The notes beneath the pieces are model-generated. The model was not told where the DNA came from. It ran no database searches and saw nothing but the letters and a program-made list of their open reading frames with translations. The position numbers and the translations under genes are program-made. From Octopus sinensis (taxonomy: Eukaryota), in contig NC_043009.1 of assembly GCF_006345805.1 (NCBI RefSeq), positions 69,812,001-69,876,000 on the forward strand: a stretch of 64,000 nt of DNA. The letters run 5' to 3'. Shown piece after piece: positions 1 through 11,805 of this stretch; the stretch's first letter is position 1; each line of letters begins with the position of its first letter.

Positions 1-246
1 ATATATAATATATATATATACACAACTATATACACATATATATATATATATAATATATATATATATGTATACATTTGTATATATAATATATATATATATG
101 TATACATTTGTATATACAATTTATATATATATATGTATGTATTTGTATATACAATTTATATATATATATGTATGTATTTGTATATACAATTATATATATA
201 TATAATATATATATATATATATACGCTCACAAATACGTATATATAT
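1..246. repeat. Compound (TA)n/(TG)n/(CA)n microsatellite
   Basis: Direct reading of the sequence. Confidence 0.95.
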
Positions 247-395
247 ATACTAAGTAATTAAGGGTTTAGCAACGATTTGCCTCACCACACACCGAATTTA
301 GAAAGTAGAAAGAATAGCCAAACTCCTTTGACTGCTATTTCTAAATTCGGTGTGTGTTGAGGCAAATCGTTGCTAAACCCTTAATTACTTAGTAT
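247..395. repeat. Long inverted repeat (58-bp arms, 33-nt spacer)
   Basis: 247-304 is the reverse complement of 338-395 with one mismatch (CTCACC vs CTCAAC). Confidence 0.9.
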
Positions 396-1372
396 TACTT
401 AAACATTCCTTGAATGGGGCTTTTACATGCCGAACTCTACTTGGTGAAATTAATCATTATTCCAAATTAATTAATTTCACCCTTTATTATTGATATATAT
501 ATATATATATATAATATATATATATATAGTACATGTATTTACATGTATACGTACATATATGTATGTGCCTGCGTGTGTTGGGGAGTGGATGCATATGTGA
601 AACCCATCCCACGAAAAACGGTGATGTAGATGCTCATGAGTTTTGACATGGACTGTGAAACTTAATATTTGATATTGACCAAAGGTAGTGTAGTACAATC
701 GTTTCATGCTACTTCATTTTATTTAACCCTGTAAGTATTACATCAGTTTTAAAATGTCGAGCAATCTTCAGCCACATATAGAATTTTATTAATTAAATGG
801 ACAATGTACATTTTGTCAACATTACAAAGAGGGTAGATATATTGATATATATAGCATACCAAATTATGGTGCCTTTAACTTAAGTACCATATTCAGCTGA
901 ATCTAAATTTTGCTGAACTTTATATATATATATATACATATATATATATTTCTTTTTTCAAATATTCTACAGCATATGTGTGTACGTGCTGAACCAAATA
1001 ACAATATAATGTTGCTATCCAAATAATACCAAATCGGAAACGAGAAACTTATATCGAGATTATAGATATTGAAAGACATTCTGTTTCTTCATTTTGACAC
1101 TTTAGAAGAGAAGATAAGGATTCTTGAAGAAAGATGAAACTAGTTGGCTGGATCCGCATTTCAATCTGTCAAAGCCACTTTGCTTCACACACACATGAGT
1201 GTCATACTGTTTATGTTTAACCTCTCGATCGTTATTTATTCATGACCACAAAGAATTATGTGATTCTGTGCACACAAACGTACGCCAGACAGAAAGAGAG
1301 AGAGAGTAAGAGAGTAGAGGAGGAAGGGGGGCACTTGCATCTGTATAATCTATGTGTGTGTGTGTACCTCTA

Positions 1373-1414
<42 letters not shown>

Positions 1415-2528
1415 GGCCCGTCTCTGTGTGAATGTCTGTATGTGCGTGCGTTGCATTTCAAGCAAGGCTAAATATTAATAAAAGTGATGTTGGTATCGTT
1501 TAACACCAGATCAATCCTAAGTAGAGAGAGCAAAGATCTTTGGTGTTACGACCTGGTCATTCTATTATTCTTTTGGCTACGATTACATAATTCCATGAAT
1601 GGATCTCTCCGCGTTTTAGACGTCAGGGTGTAATTCGACGGAGAATTGAGTAATAATTTCAGCACTTCATGCGACCAATTCAAAGTTTGCTCTGTCAAAT
1701 AACTTATATATTCAGCTGACTGGTAACTTTGATAATGCATTGACCCTTGATTATTTAGTTCTGTTCTTTCTCAAATTAAACCATCCTAATTTATATAGCA
1801 TTACGATGAGTTCCTCTCTTGCCACAACTTTGCCGTATTAATACGGAATGAGTTTAGATATTCCACACGCGTAGTTTCCGTAAATTATTAATCGAACAGC
1901 AGAACGTATCCGTCTTGATTCGATATATAAATGATAATTGACTCAGAGGAAATGAGGAAATACACTAGCAAAAGCAAACTTTCTATCAGGCAAATAAGAG
2001 CTAACTAATGTCAATTTATACGTCGCACTTGTTGCTTCCTAACTAGCTTAGCAGTGAGCTCTGTGTTTACTAATTAGGAATAAATATCTTAATATTGCGT
2101 GTGCGATGTTACTAAGCATGTATATAACTCACCAGACGTACCCTTGAAAGCGTAAAAGTATTTGATATGCTGCAAACATCGCGAGGCGAAATTCGATTTT
2201 AAAACATTCGTGATGCCTTTTTGCAATACAGCAGTAGACACACTCGCCTGTGCAGCGCTGTACGCTGCTGGTTTTCTGGCTTCTTTAAGCATTAATCAGT
2301 TTCTTTTCTTCAATATGATTGTGTGGCATTAAATTTGTTTTTACGTATGCATGATTATATAAGAATACTATATTCACATACGTAATGCTCTGCATGCGAA
2401 CAACAATAAATATTTACTTGGGAAACGAGACAATAACAGCAGGGAGTAATCTTTTATTCAGATCAAATGTTGGTGTATACGATAGATACAAGTAGGATGA
2501 CCTTTCTTTAGCAAATGTTTATTGTTCT

Positions 2529-2694
2529 CGGGGCCGGCCCGAAGGTTGCTGGCGCCCCGGGCAAGATGAACTTCGGCGTGTACAAGCTGACGGTCGTGGA
2601 AATTTCCTTGTCTTTGTCACGCTGTCCTTAGCGCCCCCTAGCACATGTCGCCCCGGGGGACTGCCCGACTTGCTGGTATCTTCAGAAGGCCCTG
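2529..2694. mobile_element. hAT-type MITE
   Basis: GC-rich 166-bp insert with ends CGGGGCCGGCCC...GAAGGCCCTG (CAGGGCCGGC-type TIR) and internal GGCGCCCC motifs, flanked by an 8-bp near-direct repeat ATTGTTCT/ATTATTCT. Confidence 0.75.
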
Positions 2695-2949
2695 ATTATT
2701 CTACCATTTAACATGCAGGACAGTGCATTTAAGTTTATTATCCTTACGTATAATATACACACAGAAACAAATTTAATATGAACTATATATATATATATGC
2801 ATGTGCATATACGAGGATATGAAAAGTCTTGAGCCTCAAAAAACCAAAACATGATACAAGACTTCAAGGTTAAAAGACCTTGAAGGCTCAAAACTTTTCA
2901 TACGCTCCTCGTATATGTGTATACACACACACACACACATATATATATG

Positions 2950-3155
2950 ATATCTGGCACTCCATCGGTTACGATGACGAGGGTTCCAGTTGATCCGATC
3001 AACGGAACAGCCTGCTTGTGAAATTAACATGCAAGTGGCTGAGTACTCCACAGACATGCGTACCGTTAACGTAGTTCTCGGAGAAGGTTCAACGTGAAAC
3101 AGAATGTGACATGGCTGGCCCCTTTGGAGTATTTGTACAACTCATTTTTGCCAGT
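2950..3155 (-). mobile_element. SINE 3' portion
   Basis: Resembles an abundant octopus-type SINE body; its CTGGCAAAAATGAGT motif also occurs in the SINE at about 17930. Confidence 0.55.
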
Positions 3156-3634
3156 TTTTGCTGATTATGAAACGAGAAAGATGAGTAAAGTTGGAAGCCG
3201 GTGTAAGGTGAAGAGCAAGGACTTGCCCACCACTGCAGACCCACCAACGGGAAGGTGTTACGGTTCAGGGTAGAAACTCTCAGTGGCCGTTGGATACCTT
3301 CTGATAACATCGGTTCTTCTTGCCCAAAGCTCACTTTGGTCAGTGGACAAGAAGCATCTTCTCGGTGCTATTAATAACAGTTGTAATAATGAAGTCAAAC
3401 CAGACGCTGATATTTTAAAACGGCTCATAGCGATTCCTATTAATACATTTATATTAATACAAATATTCAGTGAAATATAAATTAGTTTGTCTGATATGCA
3501 GATTGAGAGAAGAGTTGACATCGTTAATTAATTAATTAATAGAAAGTCTACATAGTAAGTATACTTTTTGTACCTTTTTTTAAAAGCGACAGCCTCGATT
3601 CATGGCAACAGGCAGGAATTTGAAAGCATACACT

Positions 3635-3779
3635 ATATGTGTGTGTGTATTATGCAGATGTGTATGTATGTATGTGTGAGTGTATGTGTGTGTATGTGCC
3701 TGTGTGTGCATATATATATATATGCACACACAGGCATATATACATATACACATGCATACATATACATACACATGCATAC

Positions 3780-3834
<55 letters not shown>

Positions 3835-3853
3835 GAGAGAGAGAGAGAGAGAG

Positions 3854-3926
<73 letters not shown>

Positions 3927-3928
3927 AT

Positions 3929-3985
<57 letters not shown>
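3635..3985. repeat. Compound microsatellite (TG/CA/TA/GA/GATA)
   Basis: Direct reading of the sequence. Confidence 0.95.
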
Positions 3986-3986
<1 letters not shown>

Positions 3987-4129
3987 AGATACCCACACAA
4001 ACAAAAACTTATTTCTGAAAACAGGATTTATATGGTTTGAATTTGTTGTGCATAGGTTCCGTTAATTACTTCCGTGTTATTCCATAAATGTTTAATAAAT
4101 CAAAATGTGATTCAATCAATTGCGTACAA

Positions 4130-4335
4130 CGAGGTGTGGTGTGTCACGTGCGGCGAGCGCATGCGTCGTACGGACAGGTATACCCATAGAGAAACCCACA
4201 AACGAATGTTTCTATATCTGTCAGTAAAAGGTAACAACATCAGAACAAAACACGCCCAGCTCCATTCTTGACTACAATTCTCAGTAAATCAAAGACTTTG
4301 GCGTAAAACAAAACAAATCTAATAGCACGTGACTG
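4130..4335. promoter_or_regulatory. Candidate promoter or enhancer motif cluster
   Basis: CpG-rich patch with GTCACGTG (about 4142), GCGCATGCG (NRF1-like, about 4156) and GCACGTGAC (about 4325). Confidence 0.35.
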
Positions 4336-5169
4336 CAGTAAACATAATAAACTCATTCCTACCTCTCTAAATTACCAATTCTCTGTTAGAAATCCCTTGC
4401 TTCTCGTAGATACATTTTACGCTTCGCTTTTATCAAAGTGATTACTTCCCCGTCAGTCTTCTAAACTGAGACAAAAACCAAATAAAAACAAGAACTGAAC
4501 GCGAACTTTCGTTTGTTTTTCTCTTTTAGTTTTATGCTTAACAGTTCTTTATTTTATGTACGAGAACAGCCTTCGGTTCGCTCTTGATATCAATTTTTGT
4601 AATCTGAGGTAGTGCTGTGCATGTGGCTATGTACATCAGATACACTTGCATGTATACAGAGGCCAACACACCTGCACGCGTGTATGCCGTTCCATCTCTG
4701 TAGGTATAGACACATATGTTTTTTTATGTATTATGTGTGAGTGTGTATCTGTGTGTGTAGATGCGTGTGTAGATGCGTGTGGTACGCTCTTAGTAGATGT
4801 ACTTTGTTAATTCCTTACGAAATCGATTGTAAATATTGGAGAATTTATTAACCAATTAAATGCAAATTTTGTAAATCGGTAAGACTGAATATTTCTGTGT
4901 CGACCACATACTACCGACTTAGTGACCCCCACTATAAAAGATGCGACCACTGACCACTATTTCGTGAAATTTCTGTGTGAACAGAAGGCATGGCAATTCG
5001 TTCAAACGATGCAAAATTCTCGAACGATTTAAGCATCGACTGCAGGGGGTGGGGATTCAAGCAATAACAGGTTGTTTTTTTCTTTACCGCTTCGATACTA
5101 TCTTATGGACTATATTTATAATTCTGTACGTACGTACGTGCGCGCGCGCACATACACACACACACACAT

Positions 5170-5898
5170 ACAAGGAAACGGAATTACCAAAATTACATAC
5201 GCTTTCTTTGTGGCTGGCTTAAAACTTTATGCCAAGAATATGCATGAGATGAAAAAGAGCCTTGACCTAGTTACAACATTCTCAAAGGCTGTAGGGGTTG
5301 GAGTTTGGTCAGGATAAATGTTATATGGTTGTGAAAAGGGGGAAAACTATAAACCAGACAAGTAACATTTCTATCAATGATTTGAGTGTTTCCCCTGTAT
5401 CTGACGAGGAATGTTACAGGTATCTAGGGGTGGATGAAACTATATCTTACAATTGCACCTGTAACGAAACACGTGTCACTAAAAGAAGCCATAGCCACTC
5501 ACAAAAAGAAATACTGGTGGAATGTAGCAGTGAAGACTTCAATAAAATGTAAGCACAACAAACCTGATATAATGATTCGGGATAGAGACGAGAAACTGTG
5601 CACAGTTGTGGGAATTAGCTGCCAAGCGGATTTGAACATAAAGCTGGAGATCAGTGGAAAAGAGAACACCTGTGCTGAACTATTGAGAAATCTGCAGTTG
5701 CTCTATCTAGATTACAAGTTCAGGTTTATACCTGTAATCATTGGAGTCCTGGGATATGTAACACACTGTCTAAATGCCAATCTTGGGAAATTAGGCTTCC
5801 CAAAACCAGAAAGGAGAAAGCTAATTCGAAGACTACAGAACCAATACATCACTGGAATTGTAAAAATCTGTAAAACTTTCCAGAAGTTTATCAGTTAA
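5170..5898 (+). mobile_element. R2-superfamily (R4/Dong-like) non-LTR retrotransposon relic, internally deleted
   Basis: RT piece KITYAFFVAGLKLYAKN...EFGQDKC...YRYLGV joined directly to a restriction-like endonuclease piece HNKPDIMIRDRDEKLC...FIPVIIGVLG...KICKTFQKFIS*. Confidence 0.85.
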
Positions 5899-6289
5899 AT
5901 ATATATGAGCATGTCTAGATATGTAAATATATGCATGAGAATACATACAAAACATACAAATCTGCACATACATAAATACATACATGCATACATTCATGCA
6001 TACATACATAGATACATATACATACATACATACATAATACAGACATACATACTTGTATAAATACAAACAAAAACATCCTGTTTTTGATGTTGAAATTCCT
6101 ATGAAGGAGCCTTGGATTTAGGTTAGAAACCGGTTCTTTTTTGACAAGAGATCTTGAAATAAACTGAATAATGATATACATACATGCATGGATGTATACA
6201 GGTATGCTTGTATACATACATACATGCTTACATGCTTACATACATACATATATGCGTGCATGTGTACATACAAACATGCATACATATAT

Positions 6290-6430
6290 GCGTTGCTGAT
6301 TTAAGCAAGGCATTCTATACTGTTAATGGAAATGCTCTGTGGCTAAGTCTAAGAAAAATAGGTCCCCTCCCAGTCCAACCCATGCCTGCATGGAAAACGG
6401 ACGTTAAGTGATGATGAGGAGGAAGAAGAT
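6290..6430 (+). mobile_element. RTE-clade LINE fragment with 3' tail
   Basis: ADLSKAFYTVNGNALWLSLRKIG (RT motif DLxKAFDxV) fused to CCAACCCATGCCTGCATGGAAAACGGACGTTAA plus a (GAT/GAG)n tail. Confidence 0.6.
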
Positions 6431-7254
6431 TTCCATACATACATATATGAATAAAATGTGTAATTAGTAGGACCGTAAAAATATGCAAGACATTTCAAAA
6501 ATTCAGCAGGTTGTTCCCTAGCATTGCTGTCATCAAAATTCCAGTGATATATCTTGACTTCATTTTTAGCAGCCAAATCCATTTGTGAGGAATTCCCTTA
6601 ATTAAGAAAGCACGAAGCGGGGAGAGATCCTGTGTCAAATCTGATGATGCGCATCACGTTGGTTGCTCAACTGAACGTATTTGTTAAATGAACGGGTAAG
6701 ATTAACGTAATTATGAGGCAGAAGAAACGTGGATCGGTTTGTGACAGATTCGCCGACCGAATTCAACAAACTCAATCTACTGAGACTGTGGCAGGGAAGA
6801 TTTCAGCGCTGCCAAACGAAATGCTTAATATATGAATATACAATAGATTGCCATATAAATGCAAACACATGTCCTTACACACGCCATTTATATATAAATT
6901 TGTACATATACACTTACACACAAAATATGAATTGTACAGAGGTTGTGACTGACAAAAGCGCGCGTGCGCAGGGACACAAATCGCCGGTCTGGAAACAGAA
7001 ATGCGTGCCGACCGACATTACAAACGGAAGACGTTCATATTTGTACGCTGAAACACACCGACACATACAATAATCTACAAACATAAGCATTCACACCCAC
7101 ATACGACACACGCTAACACCAACACACAGAGATATATATATATACAAACATAATCACGCACACATACATATGGATATGCACACATATACATAGTCACACA
7201 AGAAGCTTCACATACACTCATTCGCACTATAATGCGCCAAAAACATACACAACG

Positions 7255-7320
<66 letters not shown>
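7255..7320. repeat. (GATA)n-(GA)n microsatellite
   Basis: Direct reading of the sequence. Confidence 0.95.
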
Positions 7321-8394
7321 TTGGGAGGGAGAGAGAGACATATGTACAGACATCACATTATACGAGATAATACAAAAACTGATCGCCATTTCTCACGTCC
7401 GTCTCCCCCAATATTCATTCAGTTTGTTCTTTGTTTACTCGCAATAAAACGAGGCGATGTTTTTACTTCCTATTAATATTTCGTATTTACAAGATTTATT
7501 TCTAAGTTTTCTTTTTATTTATGAAAATAATGTGAGACAAGACAGAGCAGTAGTTGCAAGTTCTGTGGAAACACTAGACTGGATGTAGCTGTAGTTGATT
7601 TAATCTTTGTGTATATCTTCAGAAAGTTATACATTTTATAGCATGTAAAGTAGTTATATTTTTTTACTCTGTTATCTTTCGTACATACGTCGACTATGTA
7701 TCAATCTGTAACACATATCAATTGGTTATTAATGGCCATATGTGTAAATCTATTTTACTTTCTCAATATATAAATCAAGCAGATCTTTATATAGACGGAA
7801 GAGGGCTTTTAAAACTGTAATAATAAATATCACCATTTTTTAAATTGGCAAAAGGCCACAATGCCACAGATCTGTAAGTGCACAGCGGCACATTACCACA
7901 AGAGTACAATGCTATAATTTTACAGCGCTACAAAGTCACAATGATGCAAAAGCTGCAATGACACATGTAGAACAAAACCATGAGATTGAAGTTCAAAGGT
8001 CACAAAGAAAGAATACCACTGTGACACAAATTCATAAAGACATAAAAAGCTATAAAGCGACGAATTTATAAAGTAGTGAGGTCTATTCTATATCCAGTGT
8101 ATTACAGTGGCTTCAGAACTAGTTATACTATTACTCGACTGGTACTTTACTTAATGAGACCTGGAGGCAAATTTGCCCCAGTCTCAACTGATCTCGGGAC
8201 ATAAATAGTCGAAAGAAGTACCCCAAGTCGTATCGTCACCTTTCTATCAAATCCGTCAGCTCACTACCTTAAACTCTTTCGCTCCTAATGGGACACATGT
8301 ATCTCAAGAAAAGTTTTTTTAATGCTAAAAGTGAATTTTCTTCATTTGAAATGGCTTGGGATGGGACAAATTAGGGTTACAGCTTAAGGAGTAG

Positions 8395-8590
8395 GAGGAA
8401 AAAAGGGAAGAGTTTGCTTGTCCAGAAGCGATTATCTTTTATAACAAATATATGGCTGGAGTAGATCGCTCTGATCAAATGGTACCACTATGAACTGGAT
8501 CGAAAAGTACAAAATGATGGACTAAAATGTTCTTCAGGCTTCTGATGACAACTGTTTATAACAGCTATGTTATATTAAAATACATAATAA
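8395..8590 (+). pseudogene. piggyBac transposase fragment (frameshifted)
   Basis: KREEFACPEAIIFYNKYMAGVDRSDQMV / YELDR / KSTK*WTKMFFRLLMTTVYNSYVIL matches the YNxxMGGVDxxDQ third-catalytic-Asp region; two frameshifts and a stop. Confidence 0.85.
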
Positions 8591-8787
8591 TCTCCATTAT
8601 TTCAAAGGTTTGGCAACATACAACTTCAAACTTAGATTGCATAGGTATAAACATCTCGTATATTAGGAAAAACAGACATCTCCTCATTGACTAAATTCTT
8701 CTGGGAACTTCGATACAAAGTGTGGTGCAGCTGCAGAAGTGTTCAGTTGAAGTCTTAGAAATTCTCAAATATATATTCAATATAATT

Positions 8788-9085
8788 TCATCCATCCATC
8801 TCCCACTATTCTTCTTCGTGGGTGTAGGGTCCTCAGGCAACTCCTCCATGGGGCCCTAACGGAGGCAATCGCCGTCAATCTTCATGATATATTCCCAAGC
8901 ACGATTAACTGAGCCTGTAGATATTATGTAACCATCCCATTCTTGGTCTACCGCCAGGTCTTCTGCCCGTTGGCTCTGCTTGAAGAATCAGTTTTGTAAT
9001 TCTTTCCTGCAAAGCACCAGAGCTGTGACCTCTTAATGCCAGGAAGTAGCGACTCCACCTAGTGAGTGGCCCTGATCATCGTTCT
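8788..9085 (-). mobile_element. RTE-clade LINE 3' end
   Basis: Minus strand reads ESLLPGIKRSQLWCF / QERITKLILQAEPTGRRPGGRPRMGWLHNI (RTE C-terminal GxRPxGRP motif), then a UTR and a (TGGA)n tail. Confidence 0.8.
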
Positions 9086-9089
9086 ATGC

Positions 9090-9490
9090 ATCTTGTTAAG
9101 AAATGTTACTCTAGATTTACTTTTTATCATTTGCATTTGCGATCGTACTCTTTCGACAATTGGCCAACATCTGTGGACAAAAGTGAGGAGAGGCACCAAG
9201 GCCGAATTAAACACGGCGAGTTACCAACATCTTGTTTTATGTGGATGGATCGAATGCTGGAGCTGGCGCACTACGATGGCAGCAACTACAATTCTAGCAT
9301 CCATTTCTGCCTCTTGCATTTCATTATATGTTGCAAGGAAACTGAAGTGCCGAAGCTTGTTGAAGAACAGTGTTTCTTCTATCCTGGATGCAGCACAATC
9401 GACCAGATATCCATTTTATGGCAGATCTTCGCGAAATCGGGAGAATATTGGCAAGAGGTAGATGCGTGCTTGGTAGAACACGCATGGCCG
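9090..9490 (+). mobile_element. RTE-clade LINE endonuclease-end and RT-start fragments
   Basis: WTKVRRGTKAELNTASYQHLVLC (cf. VKRGAELSTDHHLVV) and EEQCFFYPGCSTIDQISILWQIFAKSGEY (cf. EEQCGFRPGRSTTDQIFTL). Confidence 0.7.
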
Positions 9491-9944
9491 CGTAGCACAT
9501 GTTATCGGAGTGCCTGACATTAATGGGAAGCTTCTGGTTGAATTTATCAAAAAAATTATTTTCTCGGACAAATTAGGGACCCTGATGGCTGTCAGATCCC
9601 CTTAAGCAACCAACTGGCAAAATGTGGTCAGAAGACGTTTGTAATATTCCCATTCTACAAACTACACAACACAAGTGAAGTTGAGAGAAAAGGATTTTCT
9701 TGATAAATTCAAAACTGTTCCAATTGGACAGTTATAATGATGCTGCTGCTGCTGATAATAATAATAATAATAATAATAATACTAGTGATACCACCACCAC
9801 CACCACCACCACCAATAATAAAATTGGTGGTGAGGATGGTAGTAGCGTTCACTATATGAACATTGACTCGATTAAAATGTATTACCTATCTACCTATTTA
9901 TCTATCTATTTACTTACGTATCCATTTACCTATACGTATACATA

Positions 9945-11490
9945 ACTCTGTCTTCTATAACCCCGACAGCAAACCATACAATATGAGGATCTACCCCACA
10001 GCCTTACCCCCCAACAAAAGGGTATGTATCCCACCACAGGTTGACAGTGAGGCAAATATTTCCTTAGCTAGAAATAAACTGCGACACATTTTAAACCGGT
10101 ACAACCACTAAAAACAGAATGAGAGGTGGGCCCATCAACTCAGTTCATCTGTTGCCAAAGGCCTACAAAAACTGAAACAACGAATAGGAACCGGATGTTA
10201 GTACGCCTCCCTACGGACATCCCACCGAACTAAGCAACACATCAGTAGCATGAGAGACGTTGCACCACAGGCACATGAAAGAGTTGGAAAACTCCTCGAT
10301 GCACACATGGGAACGTGGTGCAACATGCTCCCACACAACAAACAGACTGCACAAAATTTCAAAGCATTCAACAACGATGTTCGTATACTCTACGAGCTAC
10401 GTATGGACCATAAACCCTACGTAAACCCCATTACGAGGCCCCTAATCCAGCCAGTTTGTGGAGCGAATATCGCAGCGATTATGAGTTATCGTACTTCTTC
10501 TCCCAGGTGTTTCGGCCACTCATTGAAATGTCCCCAGAGGTCCGTGCTAGCACGGAGGATCTCCTTCCTAGAATCAGTAGTTGCAACCATTCTAATGACC
10601 TCACAGGTTGTATATTGGGTAGTATGGACGTAGTTTCACAAAAATGCATTGAGATTATCTGTGAGAGTGAAGTAGAGTTCGGGGAAGTCAACACGAGGGA
10701 ACTAAACTATGACTGTAACTACCTAGACAACCAAGACCTCAGTAGATTCTTTCCCACCAGGTCACAGAGGATAAGTTCACTCATCATCACCTCGGCAGTG
10801 AAGAAAAGCACCGCAGAGCGCTGGAGTGGCTGGACAGTACCCTCCCACGAGCCTGAGAACAACAGTCAGATGGAAAGAATGATTTCACATGCAATAGCGG
10901 CCAGCATAAGAACCACCTCGAATAACCACATAGTAAAGTTCAACAGGAAACTATGCATGCAGGTTCAAGGTGTAGCCATTGGTGTCGGTGTGGCTGGAGA
11001 TGTGGCCAGCCTCTTCATGACCTGGTGGGACAGAAAACTTAAACAAGCCTTAGCGGAACAATTCACAACTTTACTCTAGGTATGTAGATGTCATTCATAT
11101 TTTAGTTAGGACAAACTATAGTAACTGTAATGTAGAAACTGAGAGGAACATAATGGAGAGCATCCAGCTAACTCCATCCACCAAAGTATCAAGGTAACTG
11201 TAGATTACAACAAAGTGCAGCTCCTCCATTCCTATTACATAAAACCCAAAGCTTCTAAGTGTGTTGTTCACAAGAAGCCAGCTTTGCCACACAACATGAA
11301 AATCAAAACATACCGATAGCAGACTTAGAATAATGAACAACCTGTCCCCACTATGCAAACCCTATGAACCAAATGAAATGTGTACAGAACTTCGTGCAGC
11401 GCATACAATTCTCTGGATATGATCAGAAAGACAGGATTTGGGTATTCAGGGGAACTAGAAAGCAGTTAGCATTATATGTAATGAAGCCAG
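9945..11490 (+). mobile_element. Penelope-like element reverse transcriptase, decayed
   Basis: LRMDHKP...QPVCGAN, GSMDV, KFNRKLCMQVQGVAIG...GDVASLFMTWWD, YVDV (degenerate YVDD at 11081-11092), YYIKPKASK and RIQFSGY are PLE RT motifs; multiple frameshifts. Confidence 0.85.
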
Positions 11491-11762
11491 TGGTGCCTGC
11501 CCTAGATATAGAAGCAAAGGCACAGCCATACACAACAGACGCACGTACATAGTCACACAAACCCATACACAGATACACTCAAACATGCACACACAAGGAG
11601 ACAGAAGTAGACACATACACATACAAACAAACATGAACATACAAACACATGAATATGCAGAATACACACATACAAACGTGTACACACGCATATATACCGA
11701 AAATAGGTAAATAGAACCTTCGAACAGAGACGATCAGTGGCGACACCTGCTGAGTCGACTAC

Positions 11763-11805
11763 GCTACATTGACAAAGGGCAAATAGCCTGAAACGCGTCT
11801 GTAGC
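11763..11805 (+). ncRNA. Minimal type I hammerhead ribozyme motif (U3-A8 variant)
   Basis: GCUACA / UUGACAA(A) / GGGC-AAAUA-GCCU / GAAA-CGCG-UC / UGUAGC: 6-bp stem I, stem II, palindromic stem III, GUC cleavage triplet; lies downstream of the PLE RT. Confidence 0.75.

Noticed and set aside
2089-2292. Possible first coding exon ending at a GTGAGT donor (2127-2132)
   Set aside because: No acceptor, no nearby TSS evidence and no recognisable homology.
7840-8070. Degenerate ACAA-rich minisatellite-like tract
   Set aside because: The periodicity is too loose to define a unit; no functional signal.
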